Shown here in pieces: positions 42,865-51,774 of a stretch of DNA of 64,000 bases. The DNA is from Bacteroidales bacterium (GTDB lineage: Bacteria > Bacteroidota > Bacteroidia > Bacteroidales > F082), in contig JAFYIE010000103.1 of assembly GCA_017538795.1 (NCBI GenBank), positions 111 through 64,110 of the forward strand, in the 5' to 3' direction. A program made the position numbers and the translations under genes. Within the stretch, counting starts at the first letter, position 1; each line of letters begins with the position of its first letter. The notes under the pieces were generated by a model. The model was not told the DNA's origin. It saw nothing but the letters and a program-made list of their open reading frames with translations, and did not search any database.

Positions 42865-44847
42865 CTATTTTGTGATTACGATTCCGAGGTCGCGGTTGAT
42901 TCGGGTGCGGATGTCGTCGAGTTTTTTCTTCTTTTGAAGGAGGATGAGTTGGTCGTCGGGATCGGAGGTTTCCATCAGCTCTTTCACTATGGCGGTGCGG
43001 CGGTCTTCGATAACCATGTCTTTATAGCGTAGGATGGACGTGAGGACGGTCTTTTTCAGGACATCGTCTTCGGTTTTGACAACGATACGGTGACGTTGCC
43101 AGTCGTCGAGTTTATACTGTGTGCTGAGCAGATTGGCGGCTAAGACAGCGACATCTTGATCTTCGCTTGAAGTGAAATCCTGTGCTGTCGGGAGGATGCC
43201 GGTATCGAGGCCACGGTCGTAAGCGTCGAAAATCTTTTTATGGGTCTCGTCGCGGAAAAGAAGTCCGTCGTTTTTAAGGTCGTCGATGATGAGAGAAGCT
43301 ATCGGAGTATTATAAACGACATCGTTATCGTTTTCGTCCTTACCTTCAATCTCTATAGTCTCGTTGCCGTGGGTGAGGAGAAGCTTCACGAGTTCCTGCT
43401 CTTGGAAGAAGCCGATGGGAGGTTGATTTTCAGCCTGCGTATGAGACTGATAGGACGGAGAGGTCTGAGAGGACTCATATGTCTTATATTCCTGATACGA
43501 AAGCTGAGAGTCTTGTTTTGGATCCAATCCTAATTGTTTGCGGTATTTCGCACGGAGGATTTTGTTGACCTCGTTGGTGAGCGTCTGTTCAGCCATCTCG
43601 AGGGTGCGGCTGCATTCTTTGATGTAGGAGGCACGATAGATCGGGTCGGGGATGACGGCGATGGTCTCGACTATGTCTTTGATGACGGTGGCGCGTTTGA
43701 TAGGGTCGTTTTTAGCATCCTTCAGAAGGAGATTCGTCTTGAATCCAATGAAGTCGCGGGCGTTGTCTTCGAGATATTTTGTGACAACTTCGATAGGGTT
43801 GTTTTGTACAAAGCTGTCGGGGTCATCCTCAGGCGGCAGCACCACGATGCGGACGTTCATGCCTTCTTCGAGAATCATGTTGGTGCCACGCAGGGCGGCG
43901 TGAATACCTGCAGCGTCGCCGTCGTAGAGCATGGTGATGTTTTTGGTGTAGCGGCTTATCATGCGGATTTGCTCCGTCGTAAGAGACGTTCCCGAGCTTG
44001 CCACCACGTTTTCAATGCCGGCTTGGTGCATACTCAAGACGTCGGCGTAACCTTCAACCAAGATGCAGTTGTCGAGGCGCGAAATCTCGTTGCGAGCAAA
44101 GAAAATGCCGTAGAGCGTCTGACTTTTGTTGTAAATCTCTGATTCAGGCGAGTTTACGTATTTTGCCTTGGTCTTCTCCTTGGTGAGGATACGTCCGCCG
44201 AAACCTATTACCTTTCCTGTGAGGTTATGAATCGGGAAGATGACGCGGCCTTGGTAGCGGTCGTAGAGACGGTTTTCGTAGCTTCCGGTGAGTCCGACTT
44301 TTATCAAAAGGTCTTTGTCGTAGCCGTTTTTTGTAGCGAATTCGGTGAAGGCCGAGCCGCTGTTGGGGCAGTAGCCGAGCTGGAACTTGTTGATGATGGC
44401 GTCGCGGAAGCCACGTTCGTGGAAGTAGGCGAGGCCGACCGACTGTCCTTCGTCGGAGGTCATCATGATATTGGAGAAGTAGTTTTGCGCGAAGCTGTTG
44501 ATGTTGAACATACGCTCGCGTTCGTTCTGCGCCGCCAGTTCTTCAGGCGTCTGCTCGCGTTCTTCAATCTTGATGCCGTATTTTTTAGCGAGGTAGCGGA
44601 GCGCTTCCTGGAACGAATAATGCTCGTGTTCCATGATGAAACGCACAGAGTCGCCAGCTTTGCCGCAGCCGAAGCATTTGAAGATGTTTCGTGCCGGGTT
44701 GACGTTGAACGACGGTGTCTTCTCCTTGTGGAACGGGCATACTCCGATGAGGTTGGAGCCACGTTTTTTGAGGGTAACGAACTCGCTGACGACGTCTTCG
44801 ATGCGCGCCGTCTCCATGATCTGGTTTATGGTTTCGCGTGGAATCAT
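42865..44847 (-). CDS. dnaG: DNA primase
   Basis: 660 aa with the zinc ribbon CPFHKEKTPSFNVNPARNIFKCFGCG, an RNA polymerase core and a TOPRIM domain (LVEGYADV..DGDAAG). Confidence 0.9.
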   Translation of the reverse strand: MIPRETINQIMETARIEDVVSEFVTLKKRGSNLIGVCPFHKEKTPSFNVNPARNIFKCFGCGKAGDSVRFIMEHEHYSFQEALRYLAKKYGIKIEEREQTPEELAAQNERERMFNINSFAQNYFSNIMMTSDEGQSVGLAYFHERGFRDAIINKFQLGYCPNSGSAFTEFATKNGYDKDLLIKVGLTGSYENRLYDRYQGRVIFPIHNLTGKVIGFGGRILTKEKTKAKYVNSPESEIYNKSQTLYGIFFARNEISRLDNCILVEGYADVLSMHQAGIENVVASSGTSLTTEQIRMISRYTKNITMLYDGDAAGIHAALRGTNMILEEGMNVRIVVLPPEDDPDSFVQNNPIEVVTKYLEDNARDFIGFKTNLLLKDAKNDPIKRATVIKDIVETIAVIPDPIYRASYIKECSRTLEMAEQTLTNEVNKILRAKYRKQLGLDPKQDSQLSYQEYKTYESSQTSPSYQSHTQAENQPPIGFFQEQELVKLLLTHGNETIEIEGKDENDNDVVYNTPIASLIIDDLKNDGLLFRDETHKKIFDAYDRGLDTGILPTAQDFTSSEDQDVAVLAANLLSTQYKLDDWQRHRIVVKTEDDVLKKTVLTSILRYKDMVIEDRRTAIVKELMETSDPDDQLILLQKKKKLDDIRTRINRDLGIVITK

Positions 44848-46205
44848 ATAGCCCAGATTAAGAGTCCGCCGATGATTATTATTCCTGATACGACGAGGTC
44901 GATGAGGCAGAATCCCATGATATCCTTTGCGTTAAGTTTCGCTATGGCGAGAGCCGGGAGAGCCCAGAAAGGCTGGATGAGGTTAGTCCATGCGTCGCCC
45001 CAAGCGATTGCCATTCCTGTGAGTCCGTGGTCGACGTTGAGCGCTTCACCCGCGGCGAACATGATAGGCGCTTGTATTGCCCAGTGGCCGCCGCCGGAAG
45101 GGACGAACATGTTCAGGATGGCAGCGCAAAGGAAAGTATATATTGGATAAGTCGTTGACGTTGAGATGTTTACAAAAGCCTCGCTGACGACGGTTCCGAG
45201 GCAGATGCCTGAGGCGCCGACACCTGTGATGATGCCCATGATGCCCGCGTAGAACGGGAACTGGAGCACTATTCCTGCCGCGCCGCTGACAGATTTTCCG
45301 AAAGAGCGGACGTAGGCGATAGGTGTTTTATGCAAAATGATGCCGAGGAAGAGGAACAGCAGGATCACCGATCCGAGGTCGAAGGCTTTGTGCTTGACGA
45401 ACAGGCTGATTATCAAGAAAGATAGGCCTAAGAGGGCTAATAGGGCGGATAAGATGCGGCTGTTTTCCAATTTCATGGCCGGGGTTGATTGCAGAGGCGC
45501 ATGCGTCGGTACATCGTCCTCTGACAACAATGCAGGGTCGATGGTGACGATGTTGTCGCCTTTAGGGTGCATTGCCGAATTTATTGCTACCAACGCGATG
45601 GTCACAAGAGCCACCATGATGATGTTGTGATAATCGAGGATGGTGTTTGAGATAGGGATGACCGAAGAGATGACGCCGTTGGTGTCTTTTGCCAGTTCGT
45701 TGACGTCGGAGGCCATTTTCAACGGGATGGAACCTGATATTCCGGCGTGCCACACCACGAAGCCGCTGTAGGCTGAGGCGATGAGCAGGCGGTAGTCGAC
45801 GCCCTTAAGTTTTTTCGCTATCTCTTTGGCGAAGATGGCGCCCACGATGAGGCCGAAGCCCCAGTTGAGCCAGCATGCCACGGCAGAGATGCCTGTCACG
45901 AGAGCGATAGCGCCGGCAGGTGTTTTCGGCAGAGACGCGAGTTTGTTGATAAACTTTTTGATAGAAGGAGTTGCCGCCAGTGTAGCGCCTGTCACGAGGA
46001 CGAGAGCCATCTGCATCGAGAAACCGAGCAAGTTCCACACGCCACCGCCCCAGTTGCTCACCACTTCGGTGATGCTCTGGTGACATACCGGCATTGCGAC
46101 CAGGATGGCCACAAACGTTAAAATTATCGCAAAGATAAACGGCTCAGGCAGGTATTTCTGCATGAAAGACACACAACCGTTTATTATTTTCTGGAAGAAT
46201 TTCAT
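44844..46205 (-). CDS. atoE: Short-chain fatty acid transporter (AtoE family)
   Basis: 453 aa and polytopic. The N-terminus (FMQKYLPEPFIFAIILTF) and overall pattern fit the AtoE/TIGR00366 family. It has ATGA overlaps with both neighbours. Confidence 0.72.
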   Translation of the reverse strand: MKFFQKIINGCVSFMQKYLPEPFIFAIILTFVAILVAMPVCHQSITEVVSNWGGGVWNLLGFSMQMALVLVTGATLAATPSIKKFINKLASLPKTPAGAIALVTGISAVACWLNWGFGLIVGAIFAKEIAKKLKGVDYRLLIASAYSGFVVWHAGISGSIPLKMASDVNELAKDTNGVISSVIPISNTILDYHNIIMVALVTIALVAINSAMHPKGDNIVTIDPALLSEDDVPTHAPLQSTPAMKLENSRILSALLALLGLSFLIISLFVKHKAFDLGSVILLFLFLGIILHKTPIAYVRSFGKSVSGAAGIVLQFPFYAGIMGIITGVGASGICLGTVVSEAFVNISTSTTYPIYTFLCAAILNMFVPSGGGHWAIQAPIMFAAGEALNVDHGLTGMAIAWGDAWTNLIQPFWALPALAIAKLNAKDIMGFCLIDLVVSGIIIIGGLLIWAI

Positions 46206-47506
46206 TCTACAATAATTTTAATTGTTTTCTTCAGGCCGTCGGCGTTTGTAATGTTAAGGAAATACAAGCCTTTCTGAAGATCTTCGACAGGGATGACATA
46301 TTCGCTGAGGCTGTCGTCGACAAAAATGTTGTCGGAATACACCAGTTGTCCTAAAGTATTGAACAACAATATATTAGCTTTTCCGAAACTATCCTGATAG
46401 AACCTGATGTTTAATTCTTTTGAAGCCGGATTAGGGAAGATGTCGTAGCTTAATTCGTTGGTTGTCAGTTCGTTGACATCTTCGTTGAGATATGCGACAA
46501 GTTCCATGGTTACCGGGATGTGGTCGGAGTTACCGAAGAGAGCGTCGGCCACATCTTGCGAAACGGCGTAGTTTGTCGGGTTGTTGATGCTTTTGTTGAA
46601 GCGTCGGCCGTCGTTGCCGAGGGCGTTGTAGCTGCCGCCGACGTAGCGGATGCCGTCGCGGCCGCCGTAGATGTTTTCCGACATCAGGATAAAGTCGAAG
46701 CGGTCGTCCATGCCGCCTGAAGAGTGGCAGTCGCTGTCGTTGTCTTTATGTGTCGACTGGGTGTGATATTCAGCGTAGCTGCCGTTGTTGTTCCATGCGC
46801 CGACTCCGTAAGGGTAAAGCGGGTCGATGAAGTAAGAGTTCGGGTAAGCTGTTTGGTTTGTGAGTGCCTGATAGGCGTCTTCCGCTGAAGTGTAAAGGTT
46901 GAAATCGCCCATGATGAGGACGTTTCTTTCGCGGTAGTTACTTTCCAGATATCTCATGGTGTTTTCGGCCATGATTTTGCGTTTTCCTTCATTGTCGGTG
47001 CCTGTTCCCGCCTTGAGATGAGCTATGACGCACGTCAGGGTTATATGTCCGGAGTCGTCGTTTTTGAACTTGAAGTCGTAAACGTCGACGTCGCGGGTAT
47101 AGGTTTGAGCCACATAATGACCGGTCAGCGTCAGTTTTGTCGAGTTATAGAAGATGCAGTTGATGAGCGACGATGAGTTGCCGGTGTTGGAGCCAGCGCT
47201 CGTCATCCAATAGTTCAATCCATTGATGTTCAATACGTTACTGACAAAATCGTTAGGCAGAGAAGTGCTTCTTCCCATCTCGCAGACGGTGAGGATATCG
47301 GGATAGTAGGCGGTTAAGATAGTTCTGATATAACCGTTTTTATCGTTGATATTGTTGTTTGTGGTATTGCAATAGCCGGTGTTGTTGCCATAGTTCAAAA
47401 GGTTATACTGCATCACTTTCAGCGTGTCGTTTTGGGCTGATAGTGAGATGGTGAATCCTAATAGGATTAATGGAATTAGCAGGATTAATGCAATCTTTTT
47501 CATCAT
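46202..47506 (-). CDS. Secreted endonuclease/exonuclease/phosphatase (EEP) family protein with T9SS C-terminal domain
   Basis: 434 aa with a signal peptide. The EEP motifs are LKVMQYNLLNYG, DILTVCEM, IMGDFN and SDHIPV. The CTD is IFPNPASKELNIRF...KTIKIIVE. Confidence 0.8.
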   Translation of the reverse strand: MMKKIALILLIPLILLGFTISLSAQNDTLKVMQYNLLNYGNNTGYCNTTNNNINDKNGYIRTILTAYYPDILTVCEMGRSTSLPNDFVSNVLNINGLNYWMTSAGSNTGNSSSLINCIFYNSTKLTLTGHYVAQTYTRDVDVYDFKFKNDDSGHITLTCVIAHLKAGTGTDNEGKRKIMAENTMRYLESNYRERNVLIMGDFNLYTSAEDAYQALTNQTAYPNSYFIDPLYPYGVGAWNNNGSYAEYHTQSTHKDNDSDCHSSGGMDDRFDFILMSENIYGGRDGIRYVGGSYNALGNDGRRFNKSINNPTNYAVSQDVADALFGNSDHIPVTMELVAYLNEDVNELTTNELSYDIFPNPASKELNIRFYQDSFGKANILLFNTLGQLVYSDNIFVDDSLSEYVIPVEDLQKGLYFLNITNADGLKKTIKIIVE

Positions 47507-47524
47507 GGCAACAACTTTATATTA

Positions 47525-48700
47525 TTATTCGATACGTTTGAGCATGCTTATCTCGGCGCTGGTGAGGAAACGCCAGTGGCCGCGTGGCAGGTTCTGTTTG
47601 GTGAGGCCTGCGAGCATGACGCGATCGAGTTTTGTCACTTCGTAGCCGAGGCTTTCGAAGATACGGCGCACGATGTGGTTACGTCCCGAGTGGATCTCGA
47701 CGCCGACTTCGCGCATTGTAGGGTCGTCGGTGACGTAGTCGATTTTGTCGACCTCGATAGGGCCGTCTTCGAGCATGAGACCGTTCTGAATTTTTTCGAA
47801 GTCTTTGGTTGTCAAAGGCTTGTTGAGTGTGACGTGATACAACTTCTTAACCTCGTGGCTTGGGTGAGTGAGAGTCTTAGCCAGTTCGCCGTCGTTGGTG
47901 AGCAGCAGCAGTCCGATGGTGTTACGGTCGAGGCGGCCGACAGGGTAGATACGTTCCTGGCATGCCCCTTCGACGAGGTCCATCACGGTGTGGCGCTCGT
48001 ATGGGTCGTCGCTTGTGGTGATGACGCCTTTAGGCTTGTTGAGAAGCACATAACGAAGCTTTTCGCGGTTGAGAGCCTGTCCGCCGTACACCACTTTGTC
48101 GGTTGTTTTTACCTTTGTGCCGAGTTCTGTCACCACCTGGCCGTTCACTGTCACAGCGCCGGCTAGGATGAGGTCGTCGGCTTCGCGGCGTGAGCATATG
48201 CCAGAGTCGGCGAGGTATTTGTTGAGACGGATCTCGCCAGTAGCGCGTGGACGGTCGAACTCCGGGTCTTTCTCTCTTCTGTAGCCACGACGGCCGCCTC
48301 TTGCCGGACGTTCCTCGTCACGGTCAAAGCGCTTGCCGAAAGGTTTTTTGTCGCCAAAAGGCTTTCTTGCACCGCGTTCTTCGCGCTCTTCTTTATTAAA
48401 TGATCTTCTGCCGAAAGGCTTCTTTTCGTTACTTTCGTCATCGTTTCTTCTCGAAAAACCACGTCTTGCAGGTTTACGGTCGTCACGACCGAATGATTTT
48501 CTTTCACTTCTCTCGTCATCACGACGACCAAAGCTTCTTTTTTCGCCGAAAGGTTTTCTTTCATGGCGTTCATCATCGCCCTCGCGGCGAGCTTTTTCTT
48601 TTGCAAACTGCTCTAATCTCTCGTCACTGAATCTTCTGACTTCGGCAGTTTTTCTTCTGGCAACGTGTTGACGTTTGCCGCTTCTTTCTTCGTTATTCAT
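47525..48700 (-). CDS. Pseudouridine synthase (RsuA/RluB family) with a roughly 155-aa basic repeat extension at the N-terminus
   Basis: 391 aa. It has an S4 domain (IRLNKYLADSGICSRREADDLI) and the catalytic motif YPVGRLDRNTIGLLLLTNDG. The N-terminus is rich in R/K/E/D with KPFG and SFG repeats. Confidence 0.85.
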   Translation of the reverse strand: MNNEERSGKRQHVARRKTAEVRRFSDERLEQFAKEKARREGDDERHERKPFGEKRSFGRRDDERSERKSFGRDDRKPARRGFSRRNDDESNEKKPFGRRSFNKEEREERGARKPFGDKKPFGKRFDRDEERPARGGRRGYRREKDPEFDRPRATGEIRLNKYLADSGICSRREADDLILAGAVTVNGQVVTELGTKVKTTDKVVYGGQALNREKLRYVLLNKPKGVITTSDDPYERHTVMDLVEGACQERIYPVGRLDRNTIGLLLLTNDGELAKTLTHPSHEVKKLYHVTLNKPLTTKDFEKIQNGLMLEDGPIEVDKIDYVTDDPTMREVGVEIHSGRNHIVRRIFESLGYEVTKLDRVMLAGLTKQNLPRGHWRFLTSAEISMLKRIE

Positions 48701-48748
48701 TGTTAAAAAATAATTATAATATAAATTTGGGCTGCAAAATTACAAAAA

Positions 48749-48783
48749 AGTTAGGAGTTAGGAGTTAGAAGTTAGAAGTTTTT
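48749..48783 (+). repeat. AGTT-core heptamer array, 5 units with an exact 7-bp period
   Basis: AGTTAGG AGTTAGG AGTTAGA AGTTAGA AGTTTTT, with cores at 48749, 48756, 48763, 48770 and 48777. It ends 4 nt before a -7 box. Confidence 0.8.
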
Positions 48784-48787
48784 TTTG

Positions 48788-48795
48788 TATTTTTG
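48788..48795 (+). promoter_or_regulatory. -7 promoter box TATTTTTG for the S8 protease gene
   Basis: Exact TAnnTTTG. It overlaps the TTG used as the start in the ORF track (48793), which favours the ATG at 48817. Confidence 0.45.
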
Positions 48796-48816
48796 CAAAG
48801 TATTAAAAGTTGTTAT

Positions 48817-50460
48817 ATGAAAAAGTTATCATTACTTCTTATTATGGTGGTGTCTGCGATAGTTATGCAGGCGCAGATTGCTACAAACATTTATTGGGTG
48901 AAGTTTACCGACAAGAACAATTCACCTTATTCTATCGACAACCCGAGCGAATATCTGAGCCAGAGGGCTTTGGAACGCCGCGCGCGTTTAGGCATCGAGA
49001 TTGACGAATACGACATCCCTGTGAACCCGCAGTATTTGCAGGCAGTCGCCGATTGTGGAGCGCAGCTCTTGAATCCTTCGAAATGGTTGAACGGAGTGTC
49101 GATTTACACCACCAGCCAGAGTGTGGTTGACGCTATCAATCAATTGGAATTTGTAGAGGTGGTGCGTAATTGCCCTGATTATCCTGAAGCTCAGCGCGAC
49201 AAGGAAATTTGGATGGAGAACGAGATGAAAGCATCGGGAAGTCCGGTGGTGTCAAGAGGTTATTACGGAGGTGCTGAGGTGCAGGTTAATCAACTGAGAG
49301 TAAATGAGTTGCATGAAATGGGATTTGATGGAACGGGCATTCATATCGCTGTTTTGGATGGTGGTTTCATAGGTACTGACATTCACCACACTTTTGACAA
49401 TATGCGTGAGGAAGGCCGTTTGCTTGGCGTTCGCGACTTTGTATATGGTTCAGGATCAGTGTATTCGCAGAGCACACACGGCACTTCATGCTTAAGTACC
49501 ATTGCCGCCTATGACCCAAACAATATGGTGGGAACGGCTCCTAAAGCATCGTTTTATCTGTTCCATACCGAAGACGGAAATGGTGAAAATATTGTTGAGG
49601 AATACAACTGGGTGTCGGGTGCTGAATTAGCTGATTCTCTTGGCGTTGACGTTTGTTCGACATCTTTGGGATACATTGATTTCGACATGCCACAGTGGGA
49701 TCATTATTTCCCGGATTATGACGGTCACACCGCTCCTATGAGTATTGGTGCTGAGATTGCCGCAAGCCGTGGAATGATATGTACAAACGCGGCCGGCAAT
49801 GAAGGCGGTGGCACATGCACTTTGGGAATTCCGGCAGACGCTGAGCATATCATCACTGTCGGAGCTGTCGATGATCAAGGCGATCGTGCTGATTTCAGCT
49901 CGGTGGGACCTACCTACGACGGTCGTATCAAACCCGACGTGATGGCGATGGGTCAAGGCACCTACGTGGCATCTGGTAATCCAGGCGGTTGGTATGGTGA
50001 CTATTACAACGGCAACGGCACCTCGTTCGCCAACCCGGTGTTGGCCGGTGCGGTGGCATGTCTACGTCAAGCAAGACCAAACGCTTCAGTACAGGAAATT
50101 TGCGACGCTGTGAGAATGGCGGGTGACAATGCAAACAATCCGAACAGCTACGATGGCTATGGTATCCCTGATTTCGTGATGGCATTACAAATACTTGATG
50201 TTGAGGAAGTTGTGATTGGTGAGAATGAAATCGTCAGCGTGTATCCTAATCCTTCGAAAGGCAATGTTAATGTGACATTAAAAGAAGGCGTTGACAGAGT
50301 CAATATGACAGTGTACGACAATATAGGACGTATGATTGTTAACACAATGAATGTTAATGAGTTAGAAATTGCTTTGAACAATTTGAATTCGGGAATTTAC
50401 ACTGTCAGTGTGGTTTCGGAAAATGGCAGTCAGACGCTGAAAGTTGTCATAACGAAGTAA
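48817..50460 (+). CDS. Secreted subtilisin-like serine protease (S8) with T9SS C-terminal domain
   Basis: Signal peptide MKKLSLLLIMVVSAIVMQAQ. The catalytic triad contexts are AVLDGGF, STHGTSC and GNGTSFANP. The CTD is VYPNPSKGNVNVTL...LKVVITK. Confidence 0.85.
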   Translation: MKKLSLLLIMVVSAIVMQAQIATNIYWVKFTDKNNSPYSIDNPSEYLSQRALERRARLGIEIDEYDIPVNPQYLQAVADCGAQLLNPSKWLNGVSIYTTSQSVVDAINQLEFVEVVRNCPDYPEAQRDKEIWMENEMKASGSPVVSRGYYGGAEVQVNQLRVNELHEMGFDGTGIHIAVLDGGFIGTDIHHTFDNMREEGRLLGVRDFVYGSGSVYSQSTHGTSCLSTIAAYDPNNMVGTAPKASFYLFHTEDGNGENIVEEYNWVSGAELADSLGVDVCSTSLGYIDFDMPQWDHYFPDYDGHTAPMSIGAEIAASRGMICTNAAGNEGGGTCTLGIPADAEHIITVGAVDDQGDRADFSSVGPTYDGRIKPDVMAMGQGTYVASGNPGGWYGDYYNGNGTSFANPVLAGAVACLRQARPNASVQEICDAVRMAGDNANNPNSYDGYGIPDFVMALQILDVEEVVIGENEIVSVYPNPSKGNVNVTLKEGVDRVNMTVYDNIGRMIVNTMNVNELEIALNNLNSGIYTVSVVSENGSQTLKVVITK

Positions 50461-50498
50461 AATTTTTGCGAAAACGTTTGGAATTGTTAAATAATTCA

Positions 50499-50506
50499 TA
50501 TCTTTG
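50499..50506 (+). promoter_or_regulatory. -7 promoter box TATCTTTG for the oxidative-stress cluster
   Basis: Exact TAnnTTTG, 21 nt upstream of the ATG at 50528. Confidence 0.45.
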
Positions 50507-50527
50507 TAGTTCAAAAATTTTAAAATT

Positions 50528-51508
50528 ATGGATTTAACTACATCATATCTCGGATTAAAACTTAAGAATCCTATTGTTGTCGGAAGTTCGACTTTTACCG
50601 GAACCGTTGAAGGCATAGTGAATTGTGCTAAGGCAGGCGCTGGCGCTGTGGTGCTCAAGTCGCTTTTCGAGGAGCAGATTTTGTCGGATATCAAGAAAGA
50701 AGAAGGCTACACCGATATTTATAATTCAAATCCTGATGCCGATTTGTATATGAAGACTTTCCTTCGCGGAAACGAGATTGCGATTTATGAAAATCTTATC
50801 CGTGAGGCAAAGAAAAGCGTCGATATCCCGATTATCGCTAGCATCAACTGCGCCGACAAAGGCGAGTGGACAAGCTTCGCCAAGGAGCTTCAGGATGCGG
50901 GTGCTGACGCCCTCGAACTGAATATCTCGGTTTCTCCTTTTGACAAGGATATGGCATCGAAAAATATTGAGGATGAAGTAGTTAGCATCTTTAATGAGGT
51001 GAAAAAGACAGTGACGATACCAGTGTCGGTGAAGCTTGGAAATCATTTTACCAACATTGGCAACATCGCTTTCCGTTTGTCGATGGCAGGCGCGGCAGGC
51101 TTGGTGCTCTTCAACCGTTTCTACAACCCGACAATCGACATCGAGAACATGAAGGTTGTCCCGGGTTCGGCGCTTTCTGTGGAAGAGGAGAACAGCGACA
51201 CTTTGAGATGGATCTCGTTGCTTTCGGCGCAGGGCATCCCTTGCTGCCTCTCGGCTTCGACAGGTGTTCATAAGGCGGAAGACGTGGTGCGCCAACTGCT
51301 TGCGGGCGCGACTACAGTGCAGGTGTGCAGCACCTTGTATCGCAACGGCGTGAAACATGTCGCTGATTTGGTGGCAGGTTTGGAAGCCTGGATGAAGAAA
51401 CACAACTTCAACAACATTGGCGAGTTCAAAGGAAAATGCAGCGCTTCGGCCGATGTGAAAGTATTTGAGAGACTGCAATATTTGAGAAGAAACAATGATT
51501 TAAATTAA
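50528..51508 (+). CDS. Dihydroorotate-dehydrogenase-like flavoprotein (PyrD-family TIM barrel)
   Basis: 326 aa. The N-terminus (LGLKLKNPIVVGSS...AGAGAVVLKS) and the distribution of Gly-rich FMN-binding segments resemble class-1 DHOD-like proteins. The substrate is unknown. Confidence 0.68.
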   Translation: MDLTTSYLGLKLKNPIVVGSSTFTGTVEGIVNCAKAGAGAVVLKSLFEEQILSDIKKEEGYTDIYNSNPDADLYMKTFLRGNEIAIYENLIREAKKSVDIPIIASINCADKGEWTSFAKELQDAGADALELNISVSPFDKDMASKNIEDEVVSIFNEVKKTVTIPVSVKLGNHFTNIGNIAFRLSMAGAAGLVLFNRFYNPTIDIENMKVVPGSALSVEEENSDTLRWISLLSAQGIPCCLSASTGVHKAEDVVRQLLAGATTVQVCSTLYRNGVKHVADLVAGLEAWMKKHNFNNIGEFKGKCSASADVKVFERLQYLRRNNDLN

Positions 51509-51526
51509 CCTTTAATAATTATTACT

Positions 51527-51685
51527 ATGGCAAAATACGTATGTGACGTCTGCGGTTATGTTTATGACCCGGCAGTTGGCGATCCGGACAACGGCATCGC
51601 TCCAGGAACACCATTCGACAAATTACCGGAAAGCTGGTCATGCCCACTTTGCGGTGTCGGAAAAGAACACTTCGGACTTGAATAG
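51527..51685 (+). CDS. Rubredoxin (52 aa; below the ORF-track cutoff)
   Basis: My own translation is [52 protein letters not shown]. It has both the CxxCG and CPxCG iron-binding knuckles. Confidence 0.88.
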   Translation: MAKYVCDVCGYVYDPAVGDPDNGIAPGTPFDKLPESWSCPLCGVGKEHFGLE

Positions 51686-51774
51686 TTAGGAGTTAGAAGT
51701 TAGCAGTTGTTCAGTTAGTCAGTTGATAGTTGACAATTGATAGTTGACAGTTAGCAATTTAAAGTTAGAAGTTA
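51684..51774 (+). repeat. AGTT-core tandem array, 13 units, filling the whole rubredoxin-Hrb spacer
   Basis: AGTT/AATT cores fall at 51684, 51691, 51698, 51705, 51713, 51721, 51728, 51735, 51742, 51749, 51756, 51763 and 51770. The period is 7 bp, with two 8-bp steps. The array starts inside the TAG stop and ends at the ATG. Confidence 0.85.

Noticed and set aside
43534-44142. 202-aa plus-strand ORF, together with similar long antisense ORFs at 47576..48166, 24987..25580, 22697..23188, 12574..13071, 61093..61647, 61458..61961, 62255..62722 and 17271..17756
   Set aside because: All lie antisense to, or out of frame within, CDSs with strong family motifs. None has a signal peptide, a motif or a promoter box. 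They are treated as shadow ORFs.
44227-45150. 307-aa plus-strand ORF spanning the dnaG/atoE junction
   Set aside because: It is antisense to two well-supported genes and crosses their boundary. Its composition is low-complexity and rich in Ala, Val and Arg, which is typical of a shadow frame. It has no motif, no signal and no -7 box.
48163-48606. 147-aa minus-strand ORF and plus-strand ORFs (48333..48671, 48400..48630) in the 5' part of the pseudouridine synthase gene
   Set aside because: They are alternative frames of the repetitive Arg/Lys/Glu-coding tract. The annotated frame continues without a break into the S4 and catalytic domains.
50726-51478. 250-aa minus-strand ORF
   Set aside because: It lies entirely antisense to the DHOD-like gene. 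It is a His/Arg-rich shadow ORF with no recognisable domain.
51684-51774. Possibility that the AGTT tandem arrays are a CRISPR array or a replication-origin iteron cluster
   Set aside because: The units are only 7-8 bp with no spacers, so this is not a CRISPR array. No cas genes, rep genes or dnaA boxes are nearby. The arrays are scattered at many gene boundaries rather than clustered at one origin-like locus.
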